From positions 1-48,765 of the IMG/VR virus record IMGVR_UViG_3300028842_000016: DNA of 48,765 nt; one strand, given 5' to 3'. Position numbers and translations under genes: made by a program. The notes beneath the pieces are model-generated. The model was not told where the DNA came from. It saw only the letters and a list, made by a program, of their open reading frames with translations, and ran no database searches. The DNA is from a virus. Positions 44,580 to 48,765 of the stretch are shown here, piece by piece; the first letter of the stretch is position 1; every line of letters begins with the position of its first letter.

Positions 44580-45292
44580 TCGGCCTATCGAAGTCGTCAA
44601 TCGAGACGTTTAAAAACTGCCCCCGGTGTTTCTGGCTCGAGAAGAACGGGAAGATCAGACGCCCGGATGGTCTCAAAGCTTCGGTCTTGAAAGGGATCGA
44701 CGGAGGGATGAAGCTCGTGGCCGAGTACAGCGCGGAAACCGGAGAGCCCGCGCCGTATCTGGCGGCGTTCCCCGGGGCGCGTCCCTATTCGGACCGGACC
44801 CGGCTCAAGAGTTTCATGAACTGGAGAACCTTTCAGGCGCAGGTAAAGGCCGGAAAGCATGTGGTTCTCATTTGGGGTGAAGTGGACGAATTGATCGAGT
44901 GGGAAGATGGCCGGGTTTCCCCATGGGATTTCAAATCAAACGGAAAAAAACGGGATTGGGTCGAGTACACGATGGCCTACAACACGCTCCAGGCCGACAT
45001 GTACGACCTGATTCTTCCGGCTCAGGGCCTCATCACCACCGGGGATGCCTTCTTCACGTATTCGTGGCCCATTGTGGTCAACGGGGTCATGGTCTTTGAC
45101 TTTGAAACCGTGAAGATCCAAGCGGTCAGGGACCGGGCGCTGGAAGTCATTGAATCTGCGGTGGATTGTCTCCAAGGCGATGAACCGGATGAAAATCCGT
45201 CATGCGAGTACTGCAGTTACGTCACCAAACGAGTGGATCGAGTCGAAAAGAACACAGAAAAGGAGAAAGCATGTCGAAGCAAAAAGGCGTAG
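44576..45292 (+). CDS. Cas4/RecB-like PD-(D/E)XK nuclease (238 aa)
   Basis: N-terminal CPRCFW plus C-terminal CEYCSY cysteines, with a central EVDELIE ... PWDFKS core. ATGA overlap start. Confidence 0.6.
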   Translation: MIGLSKSSIETFKNCPRCFWLEKNGKIRRPDGLKASVLKGIDGGMKLVAEYSAETGEPAPYLAAFPGARPYSDRTRLKSFMNWRTFQAQVKAGKHVVLIWGEVDELIEWEDGRVSPWDFKSNGKKRDWVEYTMAYNTLQADMYDLILPAQGLITTGDAFFTYSWPIVVNGVMVFDFETVKIQAVRDRALEVIESAVDCLQGDEPDENPSCEYCSYVTKRVDRVEKNTEKEKACRSKKA

Positions 45293-45672
45293 ACGAAGAA
45301 AACAAAAAACAGGATTCCCGGATCACCTCGATGCCCCTTGAGGTCCGCCTTTCGGAAAGGGAGCTGAAGCAGGCTTCTAAACTGCTGGCGGACGCTCTCC
45401 AGAAGAAAGGGCAGCTGGAAGCGGAAACGGAGTCGTTCAAAGCGGACGTCAAGTCCAAGGTCAAAGAGTTCGATGAGCAGATCGCGCGCTGCGCTTATCT
45501 GGTCAACACCGAAAAGGAAATCCGGCAGGTTGAATGCGAAGAGCAATTCGACTGGGATAAAAGCCTGAAGATGATTGTCCGCCTGGACACCGGGGAGGTC
45601 GTCAATACGGTGAAGGTCACCAACGAAGAACGCCAGATGTTCTTCCGGGAACCGGTGGAAGCGGGCAAATGA
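45271..45672 (+). CDS. Hypothetical coiled-coil protein (133 aa)
   Basis: AGGAG RBS at 45261. ATG lies inside track ORF 45202-45672. Confidence 0.55.
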   Translation: MSKQKGVDEENKKQDSRITSMPLEVRLSERELKQASKLLADALQKKGQLEAETESFKADVKSKVKEFDEQIARCAYLVNTEKEIRQVECEEQFDWDKSLKMIVRLDTGEVVNTVKVTNEERQMFFREPVEAGK

Positions 45673-46049
45673 TCTATCGATTCACCATCGAAGGGCGACT
45701 CCCGGGCTTGAACGATTTCAAATCGTCTGCCCGGGGCCGCCCCTGGTGGGCCTGCCAGAAAGCCAAACAGGAGGCCATGAACCGTGTGATGTGGGATCTC
45801 CGCCGTTTCCAAGTCCCGCATTTTGTTGTTCCTGTGACCATCCGGATTCGGGAGGTCGAGCCGAATGCGCGGCGGGATCGGGATAACGTGTCCGGAGGCG
45901 CCTCCAAGGTGATCCTCGATGCGATGAAGCACCTGGGGATTATCAAGAACGATTCGCGCAAGTGGGTCCTGGACTGCCGGCACGACACCACCCAGATTGA
46001 CAAAAAGAATCCCCGCATCGAAGTCGAAATTGAAGAGGTCGCGGCGTGA
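45669..46049 (+). CDS. rusA: RusA-family Holliday junction resolvase
   Basis: 126 aa. EPNARRDRDNVSGGASKVILDAMKHLGIIKNDS fits the RusA D.DN ... K...D pattern. Confidence 0.8.
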   Translation: MIYRFTIEGRLPGLNDFKSSARGRPWWACQKAKQEAMNRVMWDLRRFQVPHFVVPVTIRIREVEPNARRDRDNVSGGASKVILDAMKHLGIIKNDSRKWVLDCRHDTTQIDKKNPRIEVEIEEVAA

Positions 46050-46153
46050 GCGCCATAGATCACGGACCTTTTGTAGAGGTCGTAATCTCTGGGATTGTCT
46101 TCGATAAATGCTCCGTCTGCGGATACCTGATATACAAACGGCCGCTCCCATGA
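46046..46153 (+). CDS. Possible tiny ORF (35 aa, contains CSVC)
   Basis: GTGA overlap upstream and ATGA overlap downstream. Confidence 0.3.
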   Translation: MSAIDHGPFVEVVISGIVFDKCSVCGYLIYKRPLP

Positions 46154-46377
46154 ACTATATCTACCCAGCAAACAACGAGAAACCGATGGCGTTCTGCATC
46201 AGCTGTCGAAAGCGGCTCTTAAATACTCTGGACACGTGCCCGCCGCATCTTCAAGGCAGGATTATTCAAAGCCTCTACTGCCAGTGGCCGACATGCGTGC
46301 GGTATGGGCTCGCGACAATTCTTTATCTCACCGTCCCGGATTTAACGACCTTCAGCAAAGAGAGAAAGAAACCATGA
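46150..46377 (+). CDS. Small Cys-rich protein (75 aa)
   Basis: ATGA overlaps on both sides. Contains CISC ... CPPH ... CQWPTC. Confidence 0.4.
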   Translation: MNYIYPANNEKPMAFCISCRKRLLNTLDTCPPHLQGRIIQSLYCQWPTCVRYGLATILYLTVPDLTTFSKERKKP

Positions 46378-46499
46378 TCGGATGCCATAGCCATTCACGA
46401 AACGAATCAAAAAACAAAAATCGGGCACCGAAGCAATGCTTGATGTTCAGCTGGAATAGTCGGAGCGCGACATACGAAAAAAAGCCAAGGAGGCAGTAA
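46374..46499 (+). CDS. Possible tiny basic ORF (41 aa)
   Basis: ATGA overlap upstream. Its TAA shares a base with the next ATG. Confidence 0.3.
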   Translation: MIGCHSHSRNESKNKNRAPKQCLMFSWNSRSATYEKKPRRQ

Positions 46500-46729
46500 T
46501 GAAACGGTTGATGCAAATGGGAGTGATCTTCGTTGTGAGCTGGGCCACCGGGACGCAGTACGCGCCAGTGCCTTGCGTAGGGAAAGAGCCGGATGGCGTG
46601 ATCTGCGCGAAAGCCGTCATTCAGCGTTCGGAAAAGGTGTTTAAGAGCCAGGAAGCGGCCGAAGCCTTCAAAGCGGTCATGGAAGAAATGAAAGCCAATG
46701 ATCTGAAGGTGGAAAAACGCGCGAAGTGA
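46499..46729 (+). CDS. Small protein with a hydrophobic N-terminus (76 aa), possibly exported
   Basis: AAGGAGG RBS at 46487. N-terminus MKRLMQMGVIFVVSWATG. Confidence 0.5.
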   Translation: MKRLMQMGVIFVVSWATGTQYAPVPCVGKEPDGVICAKAVIQRSEKVFKSQEAAEAFKAVMEEMKANDLKVEKRAK

Positions 46730-46799
46730 GTGTCGGATCAGCCGCACGAGCGCCCCACCGGGGGCGCCGTGCCAGGCTGGAATTTGGAGGTAAGTGACG

Positions 46800-47141
46800 A
46801 TGAAAGAGATCAAGTTTCGACAGAGAAACAAAAATAATGGGCATTGGCACTTCTGGGGATTGGTAGATGGGGAATGGGTGAATCCGATCATTCAGGACAA
46901 TTATTTTCCCCCAGAGGAATCGGATATGTTCACTGGCCTCCGCGACAAAAACGGGGTCGAAATTTACGATGGGGATATCGTGTGGTGCAGACTTACTCGG
47001 AAGCATTCCGGGTCAAATAACGAGGTTGAATGGTCTTCCAGTCTAGTCGGATGGTACGTGTATGCGACCCCTCTTTACCAAGCCAGAGACATTGAAGTCA
47101 TCGGCAACATTCACGAGAACCCCGATCTGGTGAAGCCATGA
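46800..47141 (+). CDS. YopX-family protein
   Basis: KFRQRNKNNGHWHF ... TGLRDKNGVEIYDGDIV ... IEVIGNIHENPDLV is the YopX signature. GGAGG lies 9 nt before ATG 46800. The track ORF starts at GTG 46794. Confidence 0.8.
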   Translation: MKEIKFRQRNKNNGHWHFWGLVDGEWVNPIIQDNYFPPEESDMFTGLRDKNGVEIYDGDIVWCRLTRKHSGSNNEVEWSSSLVGWYVYATPLYQARDIEVIGNIHENPDLVKP

Positions 47142-47308
47142 AAAAGAAATATAGGGCTGTTCACGTTGATTCATTGTTAAGTAGCTATTGGCGAGTACTG
47201 AGTTCTGACGATTATCTGGTAGCTCAATTTTGTGGCTATCACAGTCGAAGATACGCGAGGGCCCACGCAAAGATGCTTAATGCGCTTCCAAAGGAAGATC
47301 AACCATGA
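47138..47308 (+). CDS. Possible small ORF (56 aa)
   Basis: ATGA overlaps at both ends. It fills an otherwise empty 160-bp gap. Confidence 0.4.
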   Translation: MKKKYRAVHVDSLLSSYWRVLSSDDYLVAQFCGYHSRRYARAHAKMLNALPKEDQP

Positions 47309-47961
47309 CCGAGCGACCGATTCTATTCAGCGGAGAAATGGTGCGGGCGATTCTGGATGGGAGGAAGACGCAGACGCGACGGATTGCCAAGGGCATTCCG
47401 TCTTGGGACCATCTCGGGAAAGACATCATGGATTGGGATCTGTCCGGAGTCTACCAAGAGGATGATGGTAGATGGATTCTTGAAATCCAGACTGATGTTG
47501 ATGATAGCACGAGAGAGGAAATCAAGTGTCCATACGAAATCGGGATGAGGCTATGGGTGCGGGAGACGTGTATGGATCTTGATCGGACTGGAGTCGAGCA
47601 CCGCAACGAACACGGCAATCTTATGCGATTCGCCTATCGCGCAGATTGCCCTGCGGGGAGCGTAGGTGACTCCGCGCGAAAAGATTACGGCCTGAAATGG
47701 CGTCCCTCCATCCACATGCCCCGCTGGGCCAGCCGTATAACGCTGGAAATCACCAGCGTGCGCGTTGAGAGGGTGCAGGATATCAGCGAAGAGGATGCGA
47801 AGGCGGAAGGGATCACGGATTCATTCCCCGAAATGGAATGCAATAGCGACAGGCCCTTTGCTGAGGGGTTTTCAAATCTTTGGGACTCCATAAACGCCAA
47901 GCGCGGCTTCGGATGGGACAAAAACCCGTGGGTCTGGGTGATCGAGTTCAGGAGGGTGTGA
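47305..47961 (+). CDS. ASCH/PUA-like domain protein (218 aa)
   Basis: N-terminal ILFSGEMVRAILDGRKTQTRR and later RLWVRE resemble phage ASCH-type proteins. Confidence 0.4.
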   Translation: MTERPILFSGEMVRAILDGRKTQTRRIAKGIPSWDHLGKDIMDWDLSGVYQEDDGRWILEIQTDVDDSTREEIKCPYEIGMRLWVRETCMDLDRTGVEHRNEHGNLMRFAYRADCPAGSVGDSARKDYGLKWRPSIHMPRWASRITLEITSVRVERVQDISEEDAKAEGITDSFPEMECNSDRPFAEGFSNLWDSINAKRGFGWDKNPWVWVIEFRRV

Positions 47962-48248
47962 TGACTCAGACTAGCACGGAGGTAATGATGAATTGTACGT
48001 GTCACGTTGAGCCTCACAGTTTTATAATCCCTCAAACTAAAGTAATCGAGCAAGCGGCCTATGATCGTGGATTCAAAGATGGGGATCATTGCACGGCTCA
48101 ATCGGTGGGAAAGGCATATGAACAAGGTTTTGCGGAGGCGGTGGAGAGGGTGGCGAAGGTGGTTCACGAATGGACTGTTTGGACACCAGAGCATATCGAA
48201 CAACTAGAGATAAAGATTCGCCAGATGAAACCGGGGGGCGGGAGATGA
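47961..48248 (+). CDS. Hypothetical protein (95 aa)
   Basis: The ATG shares a base with the preceding TGA. Lies inside track ORF 47880-48248. Confidence 0.5.
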   Translation: MTQTSTEVMMNCTCHVEPHSFIIPQTKVIEQAAYDRGFKDGDHCTAQSVGKAYEQGFAEAVERVAKVVHEWTVWTPEHIEQLEIKIRQMKPGGGR

Positions 48249-48577
48249 CCGACAACGAAATCAATGAGGCCGTAGCTGTAAAGTTGGGGTGGTTAAAAAT
48301 TATCTTAAGGACTCCTTCAAAGCCTTCATGGAAAGATCCTACTGGTAAAGTTCGAGGTTGGGATGCGGTACCCGACTACTGCCACTCCATCGAAGCGGCG
48401 TGGGAGATTGTGGAGAAATTATCAATCCTCGGGTGTGGATATTGGGTGAAGATGTGGTCCAGTCCAGTAGGGTTTACAGTCCAGATAATGAAAGCCATTC
48501 CAGAGAAGGAATCAGCCTTAATAAATGCCGACTCCGCCCCCATGGCCATCTGCACGGCGTTTTTGAAGATGTCCTAA
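48245..48577 (+). CDS. Phage ABA-sandwich-domain-like protein (110 aa)
   Basis: NEINEAVAVKLGW ... VPDYCHSIEAAWEIVEKL resembles the ABA sandwich domain. ATGA overlap start. Confidence 0.55.
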   Translation: MTDNEINEAVAVKLGWLKIILRTPSKPSWKDPTGKVRGWDAVPDYCHSIEAAWEIVEKLSILGCGYWVKMWSSPVGFTVQIMKAIPEKESALINADSAPMAICTAFLKMS

Positions 48578-48624
48578 GCGGTCTATTTCCCCTGTTTTTC
48601 CTGCACCCCTTGTAAAACATATCG

Positions 48625-48765
48625 AATTGTGTTAATTATTAAGGCGTGAGCATACAGTGTGCATACCTGACGCCGACCCACCCCCTCCTGATCGTTGTGT
48701 GGGTCGCGTCTTTATGAGTTTAAGCCGGAAACCTCTCTCCCCGAAACAGCGACGCTTCGTCTCAG
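48625..48765. repeat. Second copy of the terminal repeat. Includes a duplicate of the motif (48646-48666) and the first 52 nt of terS.
   Basis: Identical to 1-141. Confidence 0.95.

Noticed and set aside
45495-46171. Two long minus-strand ORFs (218 and 165 aa) opposite rusA and its neighbours
   Set aside because: They are antisense to RusA and to an overlap-coupled plus-strand chain. Arg-rich composition.
46750-46767. GC hairpin GCGCCCC-accg-GGGGCGC as a terminator
   Set aside because: No T-run follows it, and it lies 20 nt before the RBS of the YopX gene. It may be a minor RNA structure, but there is not enough evidence to call a terminator.
46352-46891. 179-aa minus-strand ORF
   Set aside because: It overlaps RBS-supported plus-strand genes, including the YopX start. 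There is no motif, and all surrounding transcription is rightward.

Overview
The window is a complete tailed-phage genome. Bases 1-141 are identical to 48625-48765, so the unit length is 48,624 bp and the molecule is circular or terminally redundant. It looks like a temperate phage with a contractile tail.

Plus strand, 90-32482:
- Packaging and head: terS, terL, portal, Mu-F-like head morphogenesis protein, DUF2213-like protease/scaffold, decoration-like protein, major capsid protein, neck genes.
- Tail: DUF3383-like sheath, DUF3277-like tube, a tail chaperone with a -1 frameshift on a T7 run, a short tape measure.
- Baseplate: gp138/V-like spike, W/gp25-like, J-like and DUF2612-like proteins, then a collar-domain tail fibre.
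- An unusual 11-kb cassette (19215-30469) of large Ser/Thr/Ala/Gly-rich fibre-like proteins plus a DUF4091-like glycosidase. Five of its seven proteins begin with Sec-type signal peptides.
- A lysis cassette with an M15 peptidase.

Minus strand, 32771-35342 (lysogeny module): a full-length tRNA-Leu(CAA), a tyrosine integrase, two small genes (one secreted) and an RHH-like regulator.

Plus strand, 35642-48577 (early region): XRE-type HTH, AlpA-like protein, chains of tiny start/stop-overlapping ORFs, YqaJ exonuclease and RecT, HNH endonuclease, SMC-like ATPase, a replication initiator with internal iterons, MmcB-like nuclease, ParB-like protein, Cas4-like nuclease, RusA, YopX, an ASCH-like protein and an ABA-sandwich protein.

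I recognised no CRISPR array, rRNA, transposase or reverse transcriptase. All family names come from motif recognition by eye, not from database searches.
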